From an uncultured Chloroflexia bacterium (lineage in GTDB: Bacteria > Chloroflexota > Limnocylindria > QHBO01): a stretch of 64,000 nt of DNA. The notes under the pieces are model-generated. The model worked only from the letters and a program-made list of their open reading frames with translations, was not told the DNA's origin and made no database searches. Both the position numbers and the translations under genes were made by a program. The stretch spans positions 192,001 to 256,000 of the forward strand of contig CAWGTN010000002.1 of assembly GCA_963825525.1 (NCBI GenBank), written 5' to 3'. Below are positions 38,974 to 48,450 of the stretch, one piece after another (the stretch's first letter is position 1; every line of letters starts with the position of its first letter).

Positions 38974-39696
38974 ATGATTTTCGATCCGATCTACATCGTC
39001 GTTCTGGTGGTCACCCTGGCGATCACCGGCTGGGCGGCGTGGCGTGTCCGCTCAACGTATTCCAAGTGGGCGAAGGTGGATTCGGGGATCAACCTCGACG
39101 CCTTTGATTTTGCTCGTCGGCTGCTGGATCGCCAGGGCCTGACGCATGTCAAGATCGAGCCGACCCCCGGCAAGCTCACCGATCACTACGATCCACGTGG
39201 CAAGGTCCTGCGTGTCAGCACCGAGGTCGCCGATGCCTCGGCCCTCACAACGGCGGGTGTGGTGACCGCAAGCTCGCGGCTATCGGTCGCGGCGGCTGCG
39301 GTCATTGCGCACGAGGTCGGGCATGCCCTGCAGGATCATGCCGGCGAACCGGCCATGAAGCTGCGCCAGGCGATCGTCCCGGCCGCCCAGTTCGGGTCCG
39401 GCATCGCCCCGTGGCTGGTCATCGCCGGCGTCTTCCTCAACATCACGGGCCTCGCCATCGTGGGGCTCATCGGCTTCGGCGCGGCGGTGCTCTTCACGTT
39501 CGCCACGCTCCCGGTCGAGATCGGGGCATCGGGCAAGGCCCTTGCCTTCGTGAATGGCCTGGGGATGGTGGGCGAGCGGCAGGACGGAGCGCGTGCCGTA
39601 CTCAAGGCCGCTGCCTGGACATACGTCGCCGGTGCGCTGACCGCACTGCTGACATTCCTGTACTACGCCTGGCTGATCTTCGGTCGGCGTGACTGA
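38974..39696 (+). CDS. Membrane zinc metallopeptidase (YugP-like)
   Basis: LTDHYDP, AHEVGHALQ, TLPVE, AAAWTYVA. Confidence 0.92.
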   Translation: MIFDPIYIVVLVVTLAITGWAAWRVRSTYSKWAKVDSGINLDAFDFARRLLDRQGLTHVKIEPTPGKLTDHYDPRGKVLRVSTEVADASALTTAGVVTASSRLSVAAAAVIAHEVGHALQDHAGEPAMKLRQAIVPAAQFGSGIAPWLVIAGVFLNITGLAIVGLIGFGAAVLFTFATLPVEIGASGKALAFVNGLGMVGERQDGARAVLKAAAWTYVAGALTALLTFLYYAWLIFGRRD

Positions 39697-40816
39697 GCTC
39701 GCCATGGCGGGCGACCTGCCGGCCATCAGCGACACCGATTCCGCAACGCTCGCCGCGTGGCTCGAAGCCCGCGGCGAGCCCGCGTACCGCGTGCAGCAGA
39801 TCCTGTCGGGCATGCACCGACCCGCAGCCTCGAGCTTCGAGGATCTGACCGACCTTCCCGATGCCCTGCGGGGCGCCCTGGCCGGCGCCTTCCGATTCAG
39901 CGCCATCGTCGGCAGCCACGTGCTCAATGCCGATGGCGGCATGACCGCCAAGGCCGTCCACGAGCTGGCCGATGGACAGCGCATCGAGTCGGTGCTCATG
40001 CGCTACGCGGCTCGCGGCGCCATGTCGGAGCGCACGACGATCTGCATCAGCTCGCAGGCAGGCTGCGCCGTCAACTGCCCGTTCTGCGCGACGGGTCAGG
40101 CGGGGTTCGGACGACAGCTCACCCCCGGCGAGATCGTCGACCAGGTCCTCCACTGGCACCGACCGCCGTGGAACGCACTGGGTGATGCCAGCAGCGGGCA
40201 CTACAACATCGTGTTCATGGGCATGGGTGAGCCGTTGAACAATGCCGATCGCGTGTTCGAGGCCGTCCGGATGCTCAACGATCCCGATCGGCTCGGCATC
40301 GGCGCACGACATATCACGGTGAGCACCTCGGGCGTGGTCCCGGGCATGGACCGCATGGTGGAGGAGCTGCCCCAGGTGAACCTGGCGATCAGCCTGCACG
40401 CGGCGACCGATACGCTGCGCGACGAGCTCGTCCCGATCAACCGCAAGTGGCCGATTCGCGAGGTCATCGCGGCCGGACGACGGTTCGCCGCTCGGACCGG
40501 GCGCCGGGTGAGCCTGGAGTACGTGATGATCGACGGGTTGAACGATGGCCCCGAGCAGGCCGACGGCCTCATCGAGCTCGCACGCGGTTGGCGATCGCAC
40601 CTGAACCTCATCCCGCTCAACCCCACCCCGGGCTCGCGATGGAGCGGGACGCCCGCGGCCGACATCGAGCGCTTCGTGCGCCGGCTGCGGGACGGCGGTT
40701 GCTCGGTCACCGTCCGTGACACCCGCGGACGCGAGATCGACGCGGCCTGCGGACAGCTCCACGCGCAGCTGGCGGGACGCTCACTTCGCGAGGCGCGAGA
40801 GGCGGCGGGCGCATGA
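39689..40816 (+). CDS. rlmN: 23S rRNA (A2503) radical SAM methyltransferase
   Basis: CISSQAGCAVNCPFCATG, MGMGEP, SLHA, AACGQL. Confidence 0.96.
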   Translation: MTELAMAGDLPAISDTDSATLAAWLEARGEPAYRVQQILSGMHRPAASSFEDLTDLPDALRGALAGAFRFSAIVGSHVLNADGGMTAKAVHELADGQRIESVLMRYAARGAMSERTTICISSQAGCAVNCPFCATGQAGFGRQLTPGEIVDQVLHWHRPPWNALGDASSGHYNIVFMGMGEPLNNADRVFEAVRMLNDPDRLGIGARHITVSTSGVVPGMDRMVEELPQVNLAISLHAATDTLRDELVPINRKWPIREVIAAGRRFAARTGRRVSLEYVMIDGLNDGPEQADGLIELARGWRSHLNLIPLNPTPGSRWSGTPAADIERFVRRLRDGGCSVTVRDTRGREIDAACGQLHAQLAGRSLREAREAAGA

Positions 40817-41514
40817 GTCGGGCAGCATCGATCAGCGCCAGCATCCTCAACGCGGACTTCGCCCGGTTGGGCTCCGAGGTCGAACGCGCGGCGAACGGCG
40901 GCTGCGACTCGATCCACCTGGACGTCATGGACGGCCACTTCGTGGACAACCTGACGATGGGCCCGGTCGTTGTCGGGTCGATCCGTGGCGTCACAGACCT
41001 TCCGTTTCACACCCACCTCATGATCAGCAATCCGCTGGCGTACGCCGCCCGCTTCGCGGAGGCGGGGAGCGACCTCATCGCGTTCCACGTCGAGGCCGAT
41101 GATGATCCGGCCGCTGTCATCGACGCCATCACGGCGAGCGGACGGCGTCCGGGCATCGCGCTCAACCCGGAGACCTCGGCCGATGCGATTCTGCCGTTCC
41201 TGGAGCGGGTCGAGATGGTGCTGGTCATGACCGTGCATCCCGGATGGGGTGGGCAGGAGTTCATCGAGTCCGTGCTGCCGAAGATCGAGGCCATCCGCGC
41301 CGAGCTTGACCGACGGGAGCTCGACGTCTCGATCGGGGTGGATGGTGGAGTGAACCTCAAGACGATCGGGCGCGCGCGTGCGGCCGGTGGAGACGTGCTG
41401 GTGACGGGCAGTGCCCTGTACAGTACGGACGGTGACCTGACGCCCACGGTCGCCGCACTTCGCACCGCCGCAGGCGGTGTCCGACCACCCGCCAACGACG
41501 CCGGAAGGACCTGA
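40813..41514 (+). CDS. rpe: Ribulose-phosphate 3-epimerase
   Basis: HLDVMDGHFV, HLM, MTVHPGWGGQ, VDGGV. Confidence 0.97.
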   Translation: MSRAASISASILNADFARLGSEVERAANGGCDSIHLDVMDGHFVDNLTMGPVVVGSIRGVTDLPFHTHLMISNPLAYAARFAEAGSDLIAFHVEADDDPAAVIDAITASGRRPGIALNPETSADAILPFLERVEMVLVMTVHPGWGGQEFIESVLPKIEAIRAELDRRELDVSIGVDGGVNLKTIGRARAAGGDVLVTGSALYSTDGDLTPTVAALRTAAGGVRPPANDAGRT

Positions 41515-41516
41515 TC

Positions 41517-43140
41517 CTGCTGCCTCGCCGACCTGCCTCGCCGATCCTCGCTCTCCTTCTCCTCGCCGTCCTCGCCGTCGCCTGTGGTGACAACGGACCG
41601 CAGCTGCCGTTCGTCCCGACGCCGTCTCCGACACCGGAGCAGCCACGCGAGGTCATCGTCACGGCGACGAAGCAGGCATCCGACGAGGCGCTGTCGGGGG
41701 TGACGCTCACGGCCGACGGCCAGACTGCGACGACCGACGCGGATGGCGAGGCGACGATGAGCCTGATGCGAGGCGCGACGATCGAGGCGGCACTCAGCGG
41801 CCACGACTCCACCGAGGCCACGGTGCCCGATGAAGGCCCCGTACTCGTGCGAGCTGCGCAGCAACGTTGCCCGCGGCGTGGTTCGCGACGAGGCGGGCGA
41901 GCCGATCGCGGGTGTGCGGGTTTTCGTCGATGGCGGAGACCACATGGCCGAGACCGATGAGGATGGCGTCTATGAGCTGACGGGCGTCGCGGAAGCGGCA
42001 ACGCTCGTGCTGAAGCGCCCCGGCTACCGGATCCACGAGCTGTCGACCGGAGCGTCGCTCGACGGCCTCGACGTGACGATGGCGCCGTTCGAGGCCCGTG
42101 CCCTCTATGCGCCGTCGGCGGTCTTCGAAGCCCCGGGGCGTCTCGAGGCGATGCTCGACCTGCTTGACCGCACCGAGGCGAATGCCCTGGTCATCGACGT
42201 GAAGGAGACCGACGGTCGCCTGTACTACGCCACGGATCTGCCGGAAGCCGCGGCGGTGGGCGCCATCCGCGAGAACCCGGTGTTCGACCTCGAGGAGCTC
42301 CTGCCCATGCTCAAGGAGCGTGGCATCTACACGATCGCGCGCACCGTGGTCATGAAGGACAACACCAGCGCGGTCGCTCGCCCCGAGCTCGCAGTTCGGA
42401 ACAGCGCGACGGGGGAGCCGTGGCGCGACAACATCGGCGGTGCATGGCTGGACCCATCGGCACCCGGTGTGGCCGAGTACATCGCGGCGATTGCCGGCGA
42501 CCTCGCAGCCAAGGGATTCGACGAGGTGCAGCTCGACTACATCCGATTCTTCAGCGATGGCCCATACGCCGTCGCCGATACCAACCTCCCGAACACCCAG
42601 TCATTCCGGCTGCCGGCAATCCAGCGTGTGCTTCGCGTCGTGAGCCAGGAGCTCGACATGACGCGAACGTTCCTGGGCGCGGATGTCTTCCCGATCAGCT
42701 TCATCGTGCCCGACGACCAGGGGATCGGCCAGCGGCCGGAGGTGATCATGCCGTACGTGGACTACTTCGACCCGATGGTCTACCCGTCGCACTACGGTCC
42801 GGGCGTCTTCGGCTTCGCGGTACCCAACGACCATCCCTACGAAGTGATCAACGAGACGCTCCAGATCATGAGCCGGCAGGCGGAGGGTCTGCCGGTGGTG
42901 ATTCGTCCGTGGATCCAGGACTTCGGCTATGGACCATTCCCGCCGTACTCGGCCGAGCAGGTGCGATCGGAGTTTCAGGCGGGCGCTGACAACGGGGCGC
43001 AGGGCTGGATGATCTGGAACGCGCGAGCCACGTTCACCGAGGCCGCCCTCGGCCCGCCGCGGGACGGAGAGGATGCCGGCACCACGACATCGGCGGGCGC
43101 GGGCGAATCGGCGTCACCGGGTCCCTCGAGCAGTCCGTAG
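41517..43140 (+). CDS. Lipoprotein with carboxypeptidase-regulatory-like beta domains + putative glycoside hydrolase (DUF4015-like); frameshift near 41845
   Basis: Lipobox LAVAC; NALVIDVK, WLDP, GFDEVQLDYIRF, PMVYPSHY, RPWIQDF; start codon inferred (CTG). Confidence 0.78.
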
Positions 43141-43146
43141 GCCCAC

Positions 43147-43599
43147 ATGCGTCTCGTCGTGCAGCGGGTCAGCCGCGCCGCGGTTCGGGTGGGGAAAGAC
43201 CAGCTGGGAGCGATTCCCGGCGGAGCGCTGGTCCTGGCGGGGATCGGCATCGGTGACACCACCGACATCGTCGAGCGCATGGCCGACAAGCTGGCCGGAC
43301 TGCGCTACTTCGAGGACGCGGAGGGGCGAACCAACCTGGACATCTCCTCGTCGGGCGGATCCATGCTCGTGGTCAGCCAGTTCACCCTGTACGCGGACGT
43401 CCGGCGCGGTCGCCGTCCCGGTTTCACGCCGGCGGCATCGCCCGAGATCGCCGCACCCCTGGTCGATCACTTCGTTGCCCGACTGGGCTCCCATGGGATC
43501 ACCGTGCAGACCGGCCGCTTCGGCGCGGACATGGACATCGAGCTGGTGAATGCCGGACCCTTCACCCTGGTGCTGGACTCCGAGCGCGATCTCTCGTGA
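43147..43599 (+). CDS. dtd: D-aminoacyl-tRNA deacylase
   Basis: MRLVVQRV, VSQFTL, FGADM, NAGPFT. Confidence 0.96.
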   Translation: MRLVVQRVSRAAVRVGKDQLGAIPGGALVLAGIGIGDTTDIVERMADKLAGLRYFEDAEGRTNLDISSSGGSMLVVSQFTLYADVRRGRRPGFTPAASPEIAAPLVDHFVARLGSHGITVQTGRFGADMDIELVNAGPFTLVLDSERDLS

Positions 43600-43615
43600 G
43601 CGACGGACATGACAA

Positions 43616-43639
43616 CGCCCGCGTCGCATGACGCGGGCG
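43616..43639. terminator. Hairpin between convergent dtd and rpmB
   Basis: Perfect 10-bp stem cgcccgcgtc-gcat-gacgcgggcg. Confidence 0.65.
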
Positions 43640-43660
43640 CATCGGCTCAGGGGCGGCGGG

Positions 43661-43852
43661 TCAGACCTTCTGGGCGGTCCGGCGGCAGCGGCTGCAGGCC
43701 TTGACCTTCGAGACCTTGCCGTTGGTGACGAGGGTCATTGCCTGAAGGTTCGGCAGCCATCGGCGCAGGGCGCGCTTGCGGTTCATGCCGACCGACTGCG
43801 GATTCCAGCCGGTGATCGGACGCTTTCCGCAGATGTCACAGACGCGGGCCAT
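43661..43852 (-). CDS. rpmB: 50S ribosomal protein L28
   Basis: MARVCDICGK...RRWLPNLQ...CSRC. Confidence 0.95.
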   Translation of the reverse strand: MARVCDICGKRPITGWNPQSVGMNRKRALRRWLPNLQAMTLVTNGKVSKVKACSRCRRTAQKV

Positions 43853-43955
43853 GGTCGAGGACTCCATATCACAAGGGAACCGGCGCGTCGCGCCGGGCGA
43901 TCGGGATCGTAGCACGCTACGATCGAGGCATGCAATCGAGCCGGGCGCCCGGGGC

Positions 43956-46028
43956 GTGAGCGTTCTCGCTCCCGAGGAGCTCGACGCGCCGATACGTCGC
44001 ACGATGCCCGAGCTCGCGCGGGGAGCCGCGGCCATGGCCCGCCTCGGCATTCTGACGGCCCGAGACGCCCTCTGGTACCTCCCGTTCCGCTACGACGACT
44101 TCAGCGAGCTCCGCCCATTGGGCGAGCTCGTCCCGGATGAGAAGCAGTCGGCCCGCGTCACGGTCGCTGCCGTGCGCATCGAGCCGGGTTTCGGGCGGCG
44201 GCCACAGCGCGTGATCGCACAGCTGACCGATCTCACGGGCAGCGCCGAGGCGGTCTGGTTCGGCCGTCGCTACGTCGAGCGTCGACTGCAGGCCGGCGAC
44301 GAGGTGATCATCTCCGGGAAAGTCACCCAGCGGGGATGGCGATCCCAGTTCACATCTCCCGAGTTCAGCCCGGTCGGGCGGGACTCGGTGCACACCGCTC
44401 GCGTCGTCCCGGTCTACCACCTCGGGTCGGGAGTCACGCAGAAGCGACTCAGGGAGCTGCTGGCACGCGTGCTCGACCGGGCGCTGCCCGCGATCGACGA
44501 CCCCCTGTCGGACACCGAGCGCGGCGGACTGCCGCCGTTGGACCAGGCGCTGCGCACGGCACATTTCCCGGAGGACGCGGGCGACGTGGGGGAGGCACTC
44601 GATCGGCTCGCGTTCGACGAGCTCCTGGCCCTCCAGCTGACCCTGGCGCAGGCCAGAGCGGCCCGTGAGTCGTTGCGCGCCCCGCGCATCGACATCCCCG
44701 TGGAGGAGCGCCGCGCGATCATCTCGGCGCTGCCCTTTGTGTTGACCGGCGACCAGGCCACCGCGGTCGAGGAGATCGCCGGGGATCTGGCGAGCGAGCG
44801 GCCGATGCGTCGACTGCTGCAGGGCGACGTGGGCAGTGGAAAGACGGCGGTCGCGGCCATTGCCCTCGCCTCGGCCGTGCGTGCGGGCTGGCAGGCCGTC
44901 CTGATGGCGCCGACCGAGATCCTGGCGCGGCAGCACCACGATGGCCTCGCCCCGCTCCTGAGGTCCCTGGGCGTTCGGGCCGAGTTCCTGTCGGGGTCGC
45001 TGCCGAGGGCCCACAAGCGAGCCATTCACGACGCGATCGCCGATGGAGCCGCCGAGGTCGTGATCGGCACCCACGCGGTGATCAGCCAGGCCGTCGTGTT
45101 TCCACGGCTGGCACTCGCCGTGGTCGATGAGCAGCACCGCTTCGGCGTCGGCCAGCGGGCGGCACTGCAGGGCAAGGGTGCCGGCGGCGAGCCCCATGTG
45201 CTGGCGCTGACCGCCACGCCGATCCCGCGGACGCTCGGCCTCACCGTCTACGGGGACCTCGCGATCAGTACGATTCGAGAGCTCCCGCCGGGCCGTGAGC
45301 CGATCCGGACCGAGATCCGTGATCGTCGGGCGCTGCCGAAGATCGAGGCGTTCCTCGCCGGCGAGGCCGAGGCCGGTCGCCAGGCATTCGTGGTCGTGCC
45401 CCTGGTGTCGGAGTCCCCGACGCTCGAGGCGGCCAGCGCCGAGGCCGAGGCCGAGCGCCTCCGGGCCGCGTGGCCGGACCTGCGCATCGGGCTGGTCCAC
45501 GGCCAGCAGAAGGCCGACACACGAGACGCGACCATGGCCGCGTTCGCCGCCGGCGAGATGGACATCCTCGTCGCCACGACCGTGATCGAGGTCGGGATCG
45601 ACGTCCCGAATGCGAGCGTGATCCTCATCGAGGACGCCGAGCGGTTCGGGCTCGCGCAGCTCCATCAGCTCCGCGGACGGGTTGGCCGCGGCCCGCATCG
45701 TTCGTTCTGCATCCTCCTGTCGGACGCATCCGAGGAACTCGCTCTGCGCCGTCTCGATGTCGTCCGTGGCTCGAGCGACGGATTCGTCATCGCCGAGGCC
45801 GATCTCGAGTTGCGCGGCGCCGGCAACCTCCTCGGCACGCGCCAGTCAGGCCTTCCGCCCCTCAGGGTGGCGTCGCTGTTCGACCCACGCCACATCGAGC
45901 TCGCCCAGCGCGCGCGGACGCTCGCCGACCGGGTCGTCGCATCGGACCCTGGCCTTGAGGGGCGGCCGCTCCTCGCCCGGCTGCAGCGGGACTTCACCGC
46001 GGCCGAGGACGAGGGGGACGCGGCCTGA
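43956..46028 (+). CDS. recG: ATP-dependent DNA helicase RecG
   Basis: QGDVGSGKT, MAPTEILA, DEQHRFG, TATPIPR, QLHQLRGRVGR; start approximate. Confidence 0.96.
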   Translation: MSVLAPEELDAPIRRTMPELARGAAAMARLGILTARDALWYLPFRYDDFSELRPLGELVPDEKQSARVTVAAVRIEPGFGRRPQRVIAQLTDLTGSAEAVWFGRRYVERRLQAGDEVIISGKVTQRGWRSQFTSPEFSPVGRDSVHTARVVPVYHLGSGVTQKRLRELLARVLDRALPAIDDPLSDTERGGLPPLDQALRTAHFPEDAGDVGEALDRLAFDELLALQLTLAQARAARESLRAPRIDIPVEERRAIISALPFVLTGDQATAVEEIAGDLASERPMRRLLQGDVGSGKTAVAAIALASAVRAGWQAVLMAPTEILARQHHDGLAPLLRSLGVRAEFLSGSLPRAHKRAIHDAIADGAAEVVIGTHAVISQAVVFPRLALAVVDEQHRFGVGQRAALQGKGAGGEPHVLALTATPIPRTLGLTVYGDLAISTIRELPPGREPIRTEIRDRRALPKIEAFLAGEAEAGRQAFVVVPLVSESPTLEAASAEAEAERLRAAWPDLRIGLVHGQQKADTRDATMAAFAAGEMDILVATTVIEVGIDVPNASVILIEDAERFGLAQLHQLRGRVGRGPHRSFCILLSDASEELALRRLDVVRGSSDGFVIAEADLELRGAGNLLGTRQSGLPPLRVASLFDPRHIELAQRARTLADRVVASDPGLEGRPLLARLQRDFTAAEDEGDAA

Positions 46029-46567
46029 TGCGGGTCATCGCCGGCGATGCACGAGGGCAGCCGCTGGTGGCGCCGCGCGGCGTCGGGACGCGACCGATCA
46101 CCGACCGGGTCAAGGAGACCCTCTTCGGCATCCTCGGGGAGCGGGTGCCGGATGCGGTCGTCCTGGACCTGTATGCGGGGAGCGGCGCCATCGGCATCGA
46201 GGCTCTGTCGCGAGGCGCGGCTCACGCGACGTTCGTGGAGCAGTCGCGCCCGGCGCTCGTGGCGCTGCGCACGAACATCGAGCGGACGCGCACCGCGGAT
46301 CGGGCCGAGGTCGTGGCATCCGATGTCGAACGCTATCTCGCGACGCCGCCTTCGAGATCGGACCTGGTGGTCATGGATCCCCCGTACGAGGTGCGTGATA
46401 TCGTGGCGCCGCTTCGCCTGGTCGGGCCATGGCTCGCTCCCGGCGCCATCGTAGTAATCAAGCACTTTTGGCGAACCGAGATGCCCGAGATCGCCGGATT
46501 GGTCCCGGTTCGGCAGCGCAGGTTCGGCGAGACGATGCTCAGCTTCCTGGAGGCAGCGGATTCATGA
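46028..46567 (+). CDS. rsmD: 16S rRNA m2G966 methyltransferase
   Basis: MRVIAG, TRP, DLYAGSG, DPPY. Confidence 0.95.
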   Translation: MRVIAGDARGQPLVAPRGVGTRPITDRVKETLFGILGERVPDAVVLDLYAGSGAIGIEALSRGAAHATFVEQSRPALVALRTNIERTRTADRAEVVASDVERYLATPPSRSDLVVMDPPYEVRDIVAPLRLVGPWLAPGAIVVIKHFWRTEMPEIAGLVPVRQRRFGETMLSFLEAADS

Positions 46568-47061
46568 CGCGGGTTGCCGTGTTCCCCGGATCGTTCGACC
46601 CGATGACGAACGCGCACCTCGATGTCGCCACGCGGGCGTCGGGGCTCTTCGATCGGCTCGTCATCGGCGTGCTGAACAACACGAAGAAGGAGCCCCTCTT
46701 CAGCATCGATGAGCGCGTCGATCTCATTGCACGAAGCGTCGCCGACCTCGGTCCGCACGTTACGGTGGACGCCTTCGACGGCCTGACCGTCGACTTCGCG
46801 CGTCGTCATGGCGCGGGCTTCATCGTCCGCGGCCTGCGGGCGGTCAGCGACTTCGAGGCCGAGCTGCAGATGGCCCTGACGAACCGAAAGCTCGCGCCCG
46901 AGGTCGACACCACGTTCCTGATGACGGCGCTCGAGTACGGCTACGTGAGTTCTTCATTGACCAAGGAAGTCGCACGGTTCGGTGGGGATATCAGCCCGAT
47001 GGTGCCGAAGCCGGTCGCCGAGGCGCTCGCTCACCGAATCGGCGTGGAGCCGCGCGTATAA
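46564..47061 (+). CDS. coaD: Pantetheine-phosphate adenylyltransferase
   Basis: PGSFDP, VRGLR, DFEAE, SSS. Confidence 0.97.
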   Translation: MTRVAVFPGSFDPMTNAHLDVATRASGLFDRLVIGVLNNTKKEPLFSIDERVDLIARSVADLGPHVTVDAFDGLTVDFARRHGAGFIVRGLRAVSDFEAELQMALTNRKLAPEVDTTFLMTALEYGYVSSSLTKEVARFGGDISPMVPKPVAEALAHRIGVEPRV

Positions 47062-47084
47062 TCGCGCCCGAGGAGGGTAGCGTC

Positions 47085-47615
47085 ACGGACATCATCTTCC
47101 TGGTCGAACGGCTCGAGTCGATGGTGGCAGCCGGAAAGAAGCTGCCGCTCACGAACAACGTCGTTCTGGACCAGGCAACCGTGCTCGAGCTGGTGGACCA
47201 GCTGCGCGTCTCCGTGCCCGACGAGGTTCGCCAGGCCCGCCGCATCACCGAGGATGCGGGCCGGATCACCGAACGTGCGCGCGACGAGGGCGACGCGATC
47301 ATCGCGCGGGCCCAGGAGAAGGCCGCACAGATGCTCGATGAGCGCGAGCTCGTTCGGGCCGCGCAGGAGCGCGCCGGTGAGCTGCTGGCCCAGGCGCAGG
47401 CGGAGGCGGCCGAGGTCCGCCGCGGGGCTGACGAGTACGCGGCCGGCGTCCTGATCCGGCTCGAGGGCGAATGCATCAAGGCGCTGACCAGCATCAAGCG
47501 AGGCATCGACATGCTCGATGATCGCCATCGACCGGCGACCGACGGCAAGCCGGCAGGGGCCGACGCCATCGTCGTCGATCCCGAGGAGCAGCCGAGCGCC
47601 GCGTCCCGCCCGTGA
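47085..47615 (+). CDS. Conserved coiled-coil hypothetical protein (coaD-yceD neighbour), probable ACG start
   Basis: (M)DIIFLVERLE...GKKLPL...P.E...A...GADEYA; AGGAGGG SD 7 nt before ACG. Confidence 0.8.
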   Translation, partial: TDIIFLVERLESMVAAGKKLPLTNNVVLDQATVLELVDQLRVSVPDEVRQARRITEDAGRITERARDEGDAIIARAQEKAAQMLDERELVRAAQERAGELLAQAQAEAAEVRRGADEYAAGVLIRLEGECIKALTSIKRGIDMLDDRHRPATDGKPAGADAIVVDPEEQPSAASRP

Positions 47616-48151
47616 TCTCGTTCAACGTCGCCGGGCTCCTGCATGAGCCGCCCGGGGCGGTGCGCGACGTTCGGCTGCGCGACAGATACGTCACGCTGGG
47701 CCCGGACGTGGAGCTCGCCGGCCCCCTCGACGGCGATCTGCGCCTGCAGCGGACCAACCGCGGCATCCTGGCACGCGGGACGGTGCGCGCCCCCCTGCGG
47801 CGCACCTGTGCGCGGTGCACCGACGCGTACGTCGAGGAGGTGCGGGTCGAGATCGACGAGGAATTCCTGCCGACGATCGATCCCGACAGCGGCGCGCGCC
47901 TGACGATCGAGGCCGCTGACGCCGAGGCGTCCCTGGAGATCGACGAACACCACGAGATCGACCTGGGAGCCGTGATCCACGACGAGCTCGCGCTCACCGA
48001 GCCGATGCACCCGCTGTGCCGGCCCGATTGTGCCGGCCTGTGCGTCGAGTGCGGTGAGCGGCTCGATGCCGGCCCTCATGCACACGCCGCGGATGAGATC
48101 GATCCGCGGCTGGCCGGGCTCGCTGCCCTGCTGCGGGAGCGGGACGCCTAA
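47612..48151 (+). CDS. yceD: YceD/DUF177 family protein
   Basis: CARC, PLCRPDCAGLCVECG, DPRLAGL; precedes rpmF. Confidence 0.92.
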   Translation: MISFNVAGLLHEPPGAVRDVRLRDRYVTLGPDVELAGPLDGDLRLQRTNRGILARGTVRAPLRRTCARCTDAYVEEVRVEIDEEFLPTIDPDSGARLTIEAADAEASLEIDEHHEIDLGAVIHDELALTEPMHPLCRPDCAGLCVECGERLDAGPHAHAADEIDPRLAGLAALLRERDA

Positions 48152-48241
48152 GCGCCACCCAGCGCCATTCTCCATTCGCCAGTGCGCCGGTCGTCCGGCT
48201 ATACTGCGGCGTCCCGTCATACATTGGTCAAGGAGTTCCGC

Positions 48242-48445
48242 GTGGGCGTTCCCAAGCGAAAAGTATCCAAGGCGCGTCAGGGTGAACGCCGTGCGCACCT
48301 CGCCATCAGCGCACCCCCGCTGGTCGAGTGCGACCACTGCCACGAGCTGAAGCGCGCCCATCACGTCTGCCCCACCTGCGGCTGGTACGCAGGTCGCGAG
48401 GCGGTCGCGATCGAGCCGGTCACCCCGGTCGAAGGCCAGCGCTAA
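48242..48445 (+). CDS. rpmF: 50S ribosomal protein L32
   Basis: VPKRKVSK, CDHC, HHVCPTCGWY. Confidence 0.96.
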   Translation: MGVPKRKVSKARQGERRAHLAISAPPLVECDHCHELKRAHHVCPTCGWYAGREAVAIEPVTPVEGQR

Positions 48446-48450
48446 CCACG

